NCBI GenBank assembly: GCA_963770895.1
Contig: CAVYRF010000001.1
Coordinates: 576,001-640,000, forward strand
Length of the DNA stretch: 64,000 nucleotides
Source of the DNA: an uncultured Acidobacteriota bacterium
GTDB taxonomy: Bacteria > Acidobacteriota > Thermoanaerobaculia > Multivoradales > UBA5704
Direction of reading: 5' to 3'
The notes beneath the pieces are model-generated. The model saw nothing but the letters and a program-made list of their open reading frames with translations, was not told where the DNA came from and did no database searches. How positions within the stretch are numbered: position 1 is the first letter of the stretch; every line of letters starts with the position of its first letter. The position numbers were made by a program, and so were the translations under genes. This document shows, piece by piece, positions 44,601 through 53,279 of this stretch.

Positions 44601-46559
44601 GTCGTTCGGCTGCGCCGGCGCCGCCGTCATCGGGCCGCCGAACGCCCAGTTGGGGTACGAGAAGCGCGCCAGCGCCTGGAGGACGGTGGCGGTGGTGTAG
44701 GTGCTGCCTTCCCAGCTGCCGGTCGCCGCCTGGTGGCTGCCCAGGTAGGCGGCCGCCGTCTGCAGGTTGAAGGTGTTGGCGATCCCCAGGTCGACCGCGG
44801 CCAGGATCGCGGAGCCGGTGTCGTGGGCAGTGCTCAGGGTGTCGCCGAAACCGCCGTCCACGTTCTGTTTGGTCGCCAGCCAGGTGAACGCCCTGCTGAC
44901 CGCCGCCAGGTTGGTGGGCGCGGCGCCCAGCGCCTTGAGCGCCTCCAGCACCGCCGCCGTCGGCGCGGTGCGGCTGGCGCCGCCGGGGACGCTCGCCCAG
45001 CCGCCGTCCGCCCCCTGGCTGGCGAGCAGGAACCGGGTGGCGGCCGCCAGCAGCGCCGGCGACGTCGCCGCCTGGCCCGCCAACACCTGGGCCGCCAGCG
45101 CCGTGTCCAGCGGATCGCTGCCGTAGCCGGCGCCCAGGCCCCAGCCGCCGTCGGCGTTCACCTGCGCCGCCAGCTGGGCGCCCAGCGCGGCGCTCCCTCG
45201 CGCCGCGGCGAGCCGCGCCAGGTCGTCGTTGCTGTTGGCGGTCTGCGCCGCCAGCCACGCCGCCGCCTGCTGCTGGCTGGCGGGCGTGAACAGCGGGTCC
45301 AGCAGCAGCAGCGCCGGCAGCACCACCGCCGTGTCGCGAGGCCGCGTTTCCGGCGTGTCCTGCCAGTAGCCGGCGGCGGTCTGCTGGCTGCGCAGCCAGG
45401 AATAGGCGGTGGGAAGGCTCGCGGCGGTCGGCCGCAGCGGCCCGCCCGATACCGGAGTGGGCGTGCCGGGCGCCGTCGGCAGCGGCGCGCTGGTCACCTC
45501 GAAGGTGCCGCGCCCGCCGGTGAGCACCGAAAAGTGCGTCATCCATTCGTTGCGCACCGTGGCGAGCGCCGCCAGCTGGGCGTTGGTGGCGGTGTCGCCG
45601 GGACGGATCAGGTAGATGAACGCCGCCTTGAACGCATGCTGCGCCTGCGCCGCGGGCGGCACGCGCGGCCCGTCCGCGGCGACGATCTGGTCGACGCTGA
45701 CCATGCGGCCGGTGCCGGTGACGCTGGTGCCCAGCTGCGGCAGCGCCGCCGGGTCGCTGCCCGGACTGGTGATGACCACAAACGGCGGCACCTCCGACGC
45801 GTCGTAGAAGCCCGCCAGGTAGAGGTCCAGCGGGCTATAGAACCGCCGCACCGCGATCGAGGTGAAGGTGCCGTCGCCGTTGTCCTGCCACTTGTTGCCG
45901 TATTCGACCGAGGCGCTGGTGTCGACCAGGTTGCTCCAGTGCGCCATCTGCTGGCCGATCAGCTCGGTGGTCTGGTTGCCGCTCGCGTCCAGCAGGTGCG
46001 AATGCACCGCCCACTGGTGCAGCACCTCGTGCGCCAGGGTGTTGAGGGTGAACTCGAATCCCGGCTGCGTCGGATCGGTCTCGATCTGGCCGAGCGGCGG
46101 CATGTCGACGAAGCCCAGGAGCTTGGACGCGCTGCCGAACTGGCTGCCGATGTCGAACGGCGGCAGCCCCAGCCCCTGCACCGCGTTGCGCACCTCCCAA
46201 TGGAAGGCGATGCCGTCGTCCGACGTGTAGCCAAAATCCGGGAACACCACCAGGAAGTCGAAATCGTCGGGATGGGTGCGGTAGAACTCCTGCGCCACCG
46301 CCAGGCGCGGATCGAGGTTGCCGCCGCCGCTGAGCGAGGTGTCGTACGAGCCGGCCAGGGTGATGATCGAAATGCCGTTGGTCTCGCCGATCTGGTGCGC
46401 CTGGTACGAGCCGGTCCCCGAGCCTTGGGCGGCGGCCGGGGGCGGCGCCGCCAGCCGCGCCGTCAGCAGCGCCGCCAGCACCGCTGCGAGCGCCGCGAGA
46501 GGCCTCGCCGCCCCCAGAGCCGCCAGCAACCTCCCAGCCCAGCCTCGCCCTCTTTGCAC
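41547..46559 (-). CDS. Giant secreted multidomain protein, 5' part (signal peptide, HExxH metallopeptidase, prenyltransferase-like alpha/alpha barrel, ~5 CARDB, FlgD-Ig, TolB-like propeller)
   Basis: GGAGGAGG RBS and GTG 46559, signal peptide ending PAAA-Q, TLAHEVLHQW, Q..DGGWG repeats, CARDB (V.N.G...DP.N...E....NN) and WSPDG repeats. The sequence becomes nonsense-like after about 41655. Confidence 0.88.
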   Translation of the reverse strand: MQRGRGWAGRLLAALGAARPLAALAAVLAALLTARLAAPPPAAAQGSGTGSYQAHQIGETNGISIITLAGSYDTSLSGGGNLDPRLAVAQEFYRTHPDDFDFLVVFPDFGYTSDDGIAFHWEVRNAVQGLGLPPFDIGSQFGSASKLLGFVDMPPLGQIETDPTQPGFEFTLNTLAHEVLHQWAVHSHLLDASGNQTTELIGQQMAHWSNLVDTSASVEYGNKWQDNGDGTFTSIAVRRFYSPLDLYLAGFYDASEVPPFVVITSPGSDPAALPQLGTSVTGTGRMVSVDQIVAADGPRVPPAAQAQHAFKAAFIYLIRPGDTATNAQLAALATVRNEWMTHFSVLTGGRGTFEVTSAPLPTAPGTPTPVSGGPLRPTAASLPTAYSWLRSQQTAAGYWQDTPETRPRDTAVVLPALLLLDPLFTPASQQQAAAWLAAQTANSNDDLARLAAARGSAALGAQLAAQVNADGGWGLGAGYGSDPLDTALAAQVLAGQAATSPALLAAATRFLLASQGADGGWASVPGGASRTAPTAAVLEALKALGAAPTNLAAVSRAFTWLATKQNVDGGFGDTLSTAHDTGSAILAAVDLGIANTFNLQTAAAYLGSHQAATGSWEGSTYTTATVLQALARFSYPNWAFGGPMTAAPAQPNDGDKVTLTVTVLSNGNSAAPAGVLRVYDGDPAAGGRAIGPDVAIPPLPPTQSAVLTAVWDTTGAAGSHDLVAVIDPDNLVTEVTKTDNQTSLAITVAPAPVGIDLGVSSSDISVSPSHPASLPAGLAISAIVRNAGQTDAPTVDVRLYVGVPGAGGTAVGDVVLDVPNRSSAVANFTYTLNTPGTTVLTVVADPDRLLGDVDRSNNSASVSVTTAAVIDLAVTPADITLAGAAYLGQKATFQVTLHNLGTVDAPTAAVRYTVSDGTTTETLPAGVATLAAGASVQDSVTWQVDLTGSLTFTVAIDPQGAIEDSNRANNQASLAFTATAIQQADLSVGRGDLTVSPNPGLAGQPFTATAVVHNTGGQDVTNLQVAFYDGDPAQGAPLLGSLQTIADLAAGSTATVVASEATISGPGSHLIYVVVDPNSQQSGLFSRAALSTFLVVQVLSLPDAAISGASLVLQPAFPAPGLPVALAVTVQNLGQQPIANLLVEAWDGDPAQGGAAVGTATIPQLAAGGNAVATIGWTLAAGASTRTLYVIVDPNNAVVESSKANNEASLAITVEQGDFVVSNRYFSPNGDGVQDTTEFDFRLGGTMTVSIQVLNGAGAVVRTAAASAYTNVAGGSFVWDGRDDRGIVVGDGDYSLQVVAAGGAVQGQATATVDTNRSPLLAALGTQYAAVTNLSCPLQPGTRLRWSPDEQALFFFQYTDPYYPQWATGVYQMTPLGGGVQQIVPAAFFGANVPTMLAASPDGSSIAFDSAPPNDNPGDLWTAPVSGSAPAAHLYGPGGLITFTGDGGSVVLFDYTSSNILAVPVGGGTPRVLAQNLSNAEWDQVQVSPDRQLALVPLNDPTGFNFDWVLVDLAHGGAVPIATATSVSSEFSWSPDGSQAAATVEDGNGIANTIELIGRDGSVQRTLTVPQDVPPTLDGIAALSPRADTPQWSWAGDALAVVAGYSIGCYSWADVYTFDLATGTITTVVRGIPGGRSPAFRSTSRPGTATTGWSAACCITAPTWASAPWT

Positions 46560-46909
46560 AGCCGCCCTCCTCCGTTGCCGCGCCCGCTTCCTGCGGGACG
46601 GCGGGACCCACCGCGCACACCGCTGCCAGCAGCGCGAACGCCCAAAAAAAAGCAAGATCGACTGCCGCGGTGCGACGGCACAACGTTGCCGGCGTAGCGA
46701 CCGTACTACCCACTCCGCAGCTTGTGAGTAACGGAGGAGAGGTTACGTCAAGCGATTTTCCCACGTCAAGTGCAATCTATGCAGACAAATTGCAATTGGC
46801 GCAACTATCATTGTAACTTGGCATGACCAAAGGGCTCATACGGCTTGAAGCACTTTGCCGATTGCTGATCCTGTCGCCAATGGTAGGGTCGTATTGGGGG
46901 GAGGGGCCG

Positions 46910-47809
46910 ATGAAAAGCATCAGCACACGGCACGTCCAGATCGCCTACGAAGAGCACGGCGCCACCGATGGCGCGCCGGTCCTGCTGCTGCACGGCTTTC
47001 CCGATTCGCCGCGCACCTGGGACGGCGTCGTCGCCGCGCTCGCGGCGGCCCCGGCCCCGCCGCGCCTGATCACGCCCTACCAGCGCGGCAGCGGCGGCTC
47101 GCGCGCGCTCCATGCCGGCGCCGTCGCCGGGCAGGTCGCGGCCCTGGCGCAGGACGTCCTGGACCTGGCCGACGCCCTGGGCGTGGACCGCTTCCTGCTC
47201 GCCGGCCACGATTGGGGCAGCCGCGCCGCCGCGGGAGTGGCGGTGCTCGCGCCGCAGCGGCTCGCCGCGGTCATCCTGCTCGCCACACCCTACGGGGCGG
47301 GCGACTCGTCACCGGAGCTGCGCCTGGCCCAGGCGCAGGCCTTCTGGTACCAGTGGTACTTCCACACCCCGCAGGGGCGGGATGCCTTGCACGGCGACCG
47401 CCGCTCGCTCTGCCGCAAGCTGTGGCAAGTCTGGTCGCCCGATTGGCGCTTCGCGGAACGCGACCTTGCCGCCGCGGCGGAGAGCTGGGACAACGACCAG
47501 TTCGTCGACACCGTGGTCCACTACTACCGCCACCGCTGGGGCAACGCTCCCGGCTGCCCGCTCTACGAGGCGCAGCAGGCCGTCCTCGACGCCACGCCGC
47601 CGCTCGCCGTGCCGGCCACCCTGGTCGTGGGGACGACCGATGCGGTCAACCTGCCCGCCGCCGCCCGCGGCACCGACCACCACTACGCCGCGGGCATCCG
47701 CCACGTCGCCGCCCAGGGAGCCGGCCACTTCATCCAGCGCGAGCAGCCCCAGCTGGTCGCCGACCTCATCCGAGCCCAGCTGCCGCCGCGCCCGGTATCG
47801 CCCACCTAG
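46910..47809 (+). CDS. Alpha/beta hydrolase (epoxide hydrolase-like)
   Basis: LLLHGFPD, nucleophile motif GHDWG, WYQWYF and GAGHFIQREQP. Confidence 0.95.
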   Translation: MKSISTRHVQIAYEEHGATDGAPVLLLHGFPDSPRTWDGVVAALAAAPAPPRLITPYQRGSGGSRALHAGAVAGQVAALAQDVLDLADALGVDRFLLAGHDWGSRAAAGVAVLAPQRLAAVILLATPYGAGDSSPELRLAQAQAFWYQWYFHTPQGRDALHGDRRSLCRKLWQVWSPDWRFAERDLAAAAESWDNDQFVDTVVHYYRHRWGNAPGCPLYEAQQAVLDATPPLAVPATLVVGTTDAVNLPAAARGTDHHYAAGIRHVAAQGAGHFIQREQPQLVADLIRAQLPPRPVSPT

Positions 47810-47876
47810 GGCTGTCGAGCGCGATCGGCGGGCCTTCGACGCGCACCGCATTGACCAGCCTCACCTGCGGGTCCTC

Positions 47877-48125
47877 TTGCCTCGCGCGCGCCCACGTCCC
47901 CCGTGCGCGCCCCGCCCCACCCGTAACGCCCTCGCCTCCGCCCGCGTCCGGCAATCCTCGCGCCTTCGATCATCCATCGCGCACTCGCCACACCCTATGC
48001 CGGGGCGCGCGCTCGCGGAGTGCCTCTGCCCTGCGCATCTCCCTGCACCCAGGCCGCCGGCGGGGGGCTTGCTCTCGGCGTCCGCGACGGGCGCCGGCAG
48101 GTGTTCGCGCGCCCCGAAGGGGGAT
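47877..48125 (+). repeat. Dispersed non-coding repeat, copy A
   Basis: Shares identical 33-nt (47877-47909) and 39-nt (47978-48016) cores with copies B and C. Confidence 0.9.
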
Positions 48126-48347
48126 GTCAGGGGGAATGGACGCGGCAGCGAACGAGGAGAGGTCCATTCGCGCGTATAAAGAGCAAGTCGCAGATATTGC
48201 ATTTATGCGTATAGCATAGTATAGGGCAAGTTTGTGTCAAGGTGGTCGCTCGACGCGGAGGGCTGCAGCGCTGCTGCCTGCTGGCGGAGTCCGAGATCGA
48301 AGGCCGGTTGCGATGCGAACGGCCGCCGTGTTGGAAAGGAGATCGGG

Positions 48348-49493
48348 ATGAAGCGCTTCTGCTTGGCGATCTATCTCGTGGGCATGGGGATGCTCTCCCT
48401 GTCCCCGGCCTGGGCGGAGCACTCTCCGACGGTCACCGAGTTTCCCACTCCGACTGCCAACAGCCTGGCCGAGGGGGTGGAGGTGACCGGCGATGGCGCG
48501 ATCTGGTACTGCGAGACGCTGGCCAGCCGGCTGGTGTTGCAGCGCCCCGACCGCAGCGTCGTGGAGTACCCAGTGCCGAACGCCGGCCAACCGAACACTC
48601 TCAAGATCGGCTCAGATGGCATCTGGTTCACCGACCAGCTCAACGACGCCATCGGCGTGCTTGCCCCGGCATCCGGGAAGGTCGAGGAGTACAAGATCCC
48701 CTCCGGTGCCATGCCGACCTGGATCGAGCTGGGGACCGACGGCAGCGTGTGGTTCCCGGAGCCCAGCGGCGTGGGCCGGATGGATCCCTATGGCACCTTC
48801 ACCGAGTGGCAGATCGTCTTGGAGAAGGCCGACGCTCACATCGAGGAGATCAGTCTCGATCCGGCAGGGCACCTCTGGTTCGCCGAGAAGAACTTCGACG
48901 GCCCCGGCCCCAGCGGCACCAACATGGTGCGGCGTCTCGACCCTGCCACGAACGTGATCAGCGAATATCGCGTGCCGACGCTGGGCGGAACGCCGGCGGG
49001 GGTTCTGGCGAACGCCGACGGCACCGTCTGGGTCACCGAGTACTTCGGCAACGCCGTCGCCCTGCTCGACCCGGCCACGGCTCCCCATACCGACCTCAGG
49101 GTCACGCCTCTGCGCGGTGCTGCGGCAGAGCAGAGCACCCCAGGAACCCATCTGCACGCTGGCGGCGGCCCGCACGTTGCCGCAACCCCTGTCACCCCGC
49201 TATTGACGCCGGTGACACCAAGAAAGACCCGCGGGTGGATCGAGTACCCGATCCCCTTGGCAGGGGCCAACGCCGGGGACCTGCGCACGGAGGCATCGGG
49301 CCGGCTCTGGTTCGAGGAGGACGCCGGGCAGATCGGCGTTCTCGACCCCGTGGCTCTCACCATCACGGAATATCCCCTGCCGACCCAGGGAAACGGTTAC
49401 TACAACATCGAGATCGACTCCCACGGCCGCATCTGGGTCACGGAGGCCGGGTTCTTTGCGCCCCCGTCGAAGGTCGCGGTGCTCGCCCCTTGA
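48348..49493 (+). CDS. Secreted Vgb (virginiamycin B lyase)-like beta-propeller protein
   Basis: AAGGAG RBS, a signal peptide, and repeated DG.[IV]W[FY].E and TEYP.PT blades. Confidence 0.85.
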   Translation: MKRFCLAIYLVGMGMLSLSPAWAEHSPTVTEFPTPTANSLAEGVEVTGDGAIWYCETLASRLVLQRPDRSVVEYPVPNAGQPNTLKIGSDGIWFTDQLNDAIGVLAPASGKVEEYKIPSGAMPTWIELGTDGSVWFPEPSGVGRMDPYGTFTEWQIVLEKADAHIEEISLDPAGHLWFAEKNFDGPGPSGTNMVRRLDPATNVISEYRVPTLGGTPAGVLANADGTVWVTEYFGNAVALLDPATAPHTDLRVTPLRGAAAEQSTPGTHLHAGGGPHVAATPVTPLLTPVTPRKTRGWIEYPIPLAGANAGDLRTEASGRLWFEEDAGQIGVLDPVALTITEYPLPTQGNGYYNIEIDSHGRIWVTEAGFFAPPSKVAVLAP

Positions 49494-49514
49494 TGCGCCC
49501 GCGTCCCGCGTTTG

Positions 49515-50090
49515 TCAAAGCGGCGGCGTGATGGTGAGGCTCGTCGTTGCCGTCGTCTGCGACAGGCCGTTCAGCGCGCACTCGACCAGGGCCAGGGGAT
49601 CGCGCACGTTGACGATCGCCATCTGGTCGCCAGCGAAACGTCCGCTGGTGATGGTGGCGGCCAGCCCGGCGGCGCCGCCGACACTGCCGAGATCCATCAG
49701 CAAGCCCGAGACCTCGGCTTGGCTATCGGTGTCGTCAGCCCACACGATTTCCAGCGTGCCGGAGATATTTTCCGCTGACGTGCAGCTCAGATCGCCCGTG
49801 AGCGAGAAGGTGAACGTGCCTGTCGTGGAACCTCCGTCCAGGACCACACAGCCGCTGATCGTGCCGCCGCCGGCGGCGGTGGAGAGCGGTGGCTGCGCTG
49901 GCGGCAGCACGAGCTTCGCGGGCGGGTCGAAGTTGAGCGTGATCGACGCCAAGCACGAGGCGTCGAGCTGCGCTGCAGCGGGTTTCGCACACCAGGCGGC
50001 GGCCATGACCAGCAACACCGCCCATGCCACGGAGAGCCGGCGTCGGCCCCTGGGGACCGCGGCACCGGTAAGCCTTCCGGGTTGCTTCAT
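49515..50090 (-). CDS. Secreted hypothetical protein (beta-rich, 4 Cys in the mature part)
   Basis: GAGGTG RBS, signal peptide ending PAAA-Q and typical codon usage. Confidence 0.75.
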   Translation of the reverse strand: MKQPGRLTGAAVPRGRRRLSVAWAVLLVMAAAWCAKPAAAQLDASCLASITLNFDPPAKLVLPPAQPPLSTAAGGGTISGCVVLDGGSTTGTFTFSLTGDLSCTSAENISGTLEIVWADDTDSQAEVSGLLMDLGSVGGAAGLAATITSGRFAGDQMAIVNVRDPLALVECALNGLSQTTATTSLTITPPL

Positions 50091-50252
50091 GCGGCACCTC
50101 ATTTCAAGAATGCATGGAACATACGCTTAGTTGCATAGATGATAACACATGGACAATACGCACGACGACACTCCCCTCTCCGCTGCACAAAGCTCCTGCC
50201 CGCGCCTACGGACAGGCGAAGGCTTGCCGAGGACGCGGAGCAGGAGCAGGGT

Positions 50253-50429
50253 TCAAGCGCAGGGCTTGCAGTCGGAGCAGACGTGGGTGGCGCTGCAGAG
50301 ACAGGCGCTGCCGCAATCGGTGTTGGCCACCGTCGTGGTGGCGCCGCCGGCGGCATCCTGCAGCCCGTTGCGATCGATGATCCTCAGGGTTTCCTTGCTG
50401 AGCGACAGCTTCTTGACCTGCTTTCTCAT
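50253..50429 (-). CDS. RiPP (lanthipeptide-like) precursor peptide, 58 aa
   Basis: GAGGT RBS. Leader MRKQVKKLSLSKETLR...DAAGG (double-glycine site) and core ATTTVANTDCGSACLCSATHVCSDCKPCA with 6 Cys. Confidence 0.8.
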   Translation of the reverse strand: MRKQVKKLSLSKETLRIIDRNGLQDAAGGATTTVANTDCGSACLCSATHVCSDCKPCA

Positions 50430-50968
50430 GACCGGTACCTCTCTTTGATCGCACGCCGGAGGCGACAGGACGCCGCTCCGTATTTCACTCATAACCTCAA
50501 GTTATCATAGGCGATACTGCTCCACAATGCGATCGGATCCCGCCCAACCAGGGGGAAGCCCACCGAGACGTGTACCCGATCCGGGATCGGCGCGGCCTGG
50601 GCCAGAAAGAAGGGCCTCAGGCGGTCGGAGCCGCGCGCGGTGCCGACGTCCCAGACGAAGGGCGCCGGCGCCGCCGCGGCCAAGGCTGCCACTTGCCGCA
50701 GTCGGCGAGATGCCAGCCGCCGGCGCTACTGGGCCAGATGTCGGCGGTGGACTGCCCATGGACAGCGTCACCTCGAGTGGCGTAGGCCCCGCCAGCAATC
50801 TGCTTCATTCTGAACGAATTCACTGCATTCTAGAAGAGTCGCTGGCGCTGCCTGGAGGTGGCTCTCCCGGTGCGTGATTTGCAGGTAGGCGGATCTGTTG
50901 CGCGCGCTAAGATGCTTTGGCGCTTGCTGATCTTCGGAAAGCGTCAGAATGGTTATAGGAGAACCACC

Positions 50969-51136
50969 ATGAAAAAGCAGTCTGCCAAGATCCGGTTGTG
51001 CTTCGAGACCCTGCGGAGGATATCGGACACTTCGCTGTCTGATGCCGCCGGAGGCGCCGTCACTGCGCTTACTTGCGCCAACACCTGCACCACCGTCACC
51101 TACAAGCCCCCCTGCACCGTGCGCGGTTGTCTCTAA
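50969..51136 (+). CDS. RiPP (lanthipeptide-like) precursor peptide, 55 aa
   Basis: AGGAGA RBS. Leader MKKQSAKIRLCFETLR...DAAGG and core AVTALTCANTCTTVTYKPPCTVRGCL with 4 Cys and 7 Thr. Confidence 0.8.
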   Translation: MKKQSAKIRLCFETLRRISDTSLSDAAGGAVTALTCANTCTTVTYKPPCTVRGCL

Positions 51137-51162
51137 GCGTCGCGCAGCCCTGACGGTTCAGC

Positions 51163-51208
51163 GCGGCCGGTTCGCTGAAGCCTACGGACCGGCCGCCCTT
51201 TGAATTTT
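51163..51208 (+). terminator. Possible terminator after precursor 2
   Basis: Stem GCGGCCGGT / ACCGGCCGC followed by CCTTTGAATTTT. The loop is long (16 nt). Confidence 0.35.
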
Positions 51209-51382
51209 CGCCGAGGCATCTGGGCGCTTGGCCTCAGCTGCTGGTATCTCACTGCCGCTGTTGGAGGGCGTGCTGCTGCCGGCCGTCCGCGTTGTGTGTG
51301 CCAATAGGGCTTGTTTGCATAGACCCTGGTTGCTGGCGCAGCAGGCTGGTGAGGTTGCCTGCGGGGTGCAGGGATGCCAAGG

Positions 51383-53131
51383 TTACCGCCCGCCGGCGAG
51401 ACCGCGGAGCGTGCCGTCGCAGCCTTCCGCATCGGCGCCCTCGCGCCGCACAAAGATCCCCGTCTTGTATCCCTCCGCGGCCAGCTCCCGCGCATAGGGA
51501 GGCACCGCCACGATCCAGCGGCCGTCGGCCGGCCACGGCCGCTGCGACTTGGCAACCGCCGCCAGCCGATAGCACGCGTCCATCGCGTCCTGCACCTGGT
51601 CGAGGCCGGCGGTCGTCGCGCGCCCCGCGGCGTCGACGTGGGTGGCGACGATGACGTCGGGCCGCTGCAACAAGACGTAGCGCGGGTCGTACTTTTCGTG
51701 CGCCGGCGGATCGTTCGGCGACGACGCGGCCAGGTGCAGGTGCGCGATGTGGCGGTCGACGAGGCCGAACATGTCGAGCGTCCGGCGGCGCGAGTAGTAG
51801 GGAATGGCGCCCGCGGCGCCGGTCGCCACCGTGGCCCCGGGCGGCGTGTGCGCCGCGAGCCACCGGCCGATGCGGCTCCACGCCTCGATCTCCAACGCCT
51901 GGCCGTCCAGCCGGTAGAACCGCGCCGGCCAAGACCACCAAAGCGCGTTCACCACCAGGAAGAGGCCGACCGCGGTACGCGCGCCGGCCCCCAGCCTGCC
52001 CGCTTCCGGGGTGATGCGTTCCAGGCCGACCGCCGCCAGCAGGAGCAGCGCCGGCAGCGCCGGCAGCAGCAGGCGCGGACCGAAAAAGACCAGGAAGTCG
52101 CCGCCGATGGAAACGAAATAGCCGGCCGTGGCAGCGACGATCAGCCACCCCCACAGCAGCGCCGCGGCCTGCGCCCTTCGCGCCGCACGCCCCGGCACCA
52201 GCCCCGCGAGCGCGAGCAGCGCCAGGGGATAGACCCCCCAGATCGCGGCGATCTCGCCGAGCAGGCGTCCGCCGCGTGCCAGGCGCCCCAGGCTCGGGTC
52301 GCTCGCCTTGGCGTAGAAGGTGTTGGGCAGCAGGTCGCCGTAGTAGCGGTAGCGCCACGCGAAGTAGACCCCACAGACCACGACAAAAGGCAGCGCGAAG
52401 GCGACGACGCCCCGCAGCCGCCCCGGCCGGGATGCGCCCTCGTCGCCCGCGCGCTCTCGCGCGCTGCAGAGCGCATACCAGGCGAGCGTCAACCCCCAGT
52501 AGAGGGCGCCTTCGGGGCGCGTCAGGGCCGCCGCGGCGAAAGCCAGCGCCGCAAGCCCCGGGCGTCCGCGCGCGACGGCCAGGTCCCAGGCCAGCACCAG
52601 CAGGAGCACGAAGAAGACGGTCTCCAGGCCGGACACCGCCAGCCGGGCCTGGGAGCCCATGGCGGCGTAGAGCAGCCCGCCGCATCCCCCCAGGGTCGCC
52701 GCCAGCCGCGACGGCCGCAGCAGGCGCGTCAGCAGGTCGGCTAGCAGGACGACCGTGGCCGCCGCCGCCAGGACCGACAGCGCGACGGCCAGCACTCCGG
52801 GATCGACGCCGCAGCGGATGCCCGCCGCGAGCAGCACCGTCCACAGGAAATTGGTGTAGCCCTCCACCCGCTCTCCCGGGTTGAACACCAGCCCCGCGCC
52901 GTGCGCCAGGTTGGCCGCATAGCGGAAACTGATGAACGCGTCGTCGACCAGCAGGCCGCGATGCGCGACAATGGCGACCCGCGCCAGCAGGACGGCGACA
53001 CCCAGGCCGACCAGGATACGTCCGGCAAGCCGGTCCGTCCGGCGCGCACGCTCCCCGGGCGCTGCCGCGAAAGGCTCTGTCATCGGCGGGGCCGGCGGGG
53101 TGGGTGGAGTGCCATCGACGGTGCGCGGCAT
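51383..53131 (-). CDS. GT-C fold membrane glycosyltransferase (AftB/PMT-like)
   Basis: [61 protein letters not shown] and many TM helices. Start 53131 or 53083. Confidence 0.85.
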   Translation of the reverse strand: MPRTVDGTPPTPPAPPMTEPFAAAPGERARRTDRLAGRILVGLGVAVLLARVAIVAHRGLLVDDAFISFRYAANLAHGAGLVFNPGERVEGYTNFLWTVLLAAGIRCGVDPGVLAVALSVLAAAATVVLLADLLTRLLRPSRLAATLGGCGGLLYAAMGSQARLAVSGLETVFFVLLLVLAWDLAVARGRPGLAALAFAAAALTRPEGALYWGLTLAWYALCSARERAGDEGASRPGRLRGVVAFALPFVVVCGVYFAWRYRYYGDLLPNTFYAKASDPSLGRLARGGRLLGEIAAIWGVYPLALLALAGLVPGRAARRAQAAALLWGWLIVAATAGYFVSIGGDFLVFFGPRLLLPALPALLLLAAVGLERITPEAGRLGAGARTAVGLFLVVNALWWSWPARFYRLDGQALEIEAWSRIGRWLAAHTPPGATVATGAAGAIPYYSRRRTLDMFGLVDRHIAHLHLAASSPNDPPAHEKYDPRYVLLQRPDVIVATHVDAAGRATTAGLDQVQDAMDACYRLAAVAKSQRPWPADGRWIVAVPPYARELAAEGYKTGIFVRREGADAEGCDGTLRGLAGGR

Positions 53132-53279
53132 CGGGAGGGCTCGGGCGGCCGGCGAAGGGCCTCGGCCCGGCGGCTTTCGGCGCCCGAGCCTAGCAGAATG
53201 CGCCGCCGGCGGCTGGATGCCCCGCCGGCATCTTGGACGGCGCAACGGCGCGGCGGTCGCCCGCGCGCCGCGCCGGCCT

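Noticed and set aside
50617-50830. Possible decayed third RiPP precursor (MKQIAGGAYAT...HLADCGKWQP) between the two precursors
   Set aside because: Only IAGGA and DC resemble the precursors. There is no intact leader or RBS, so the evidence is too weak.
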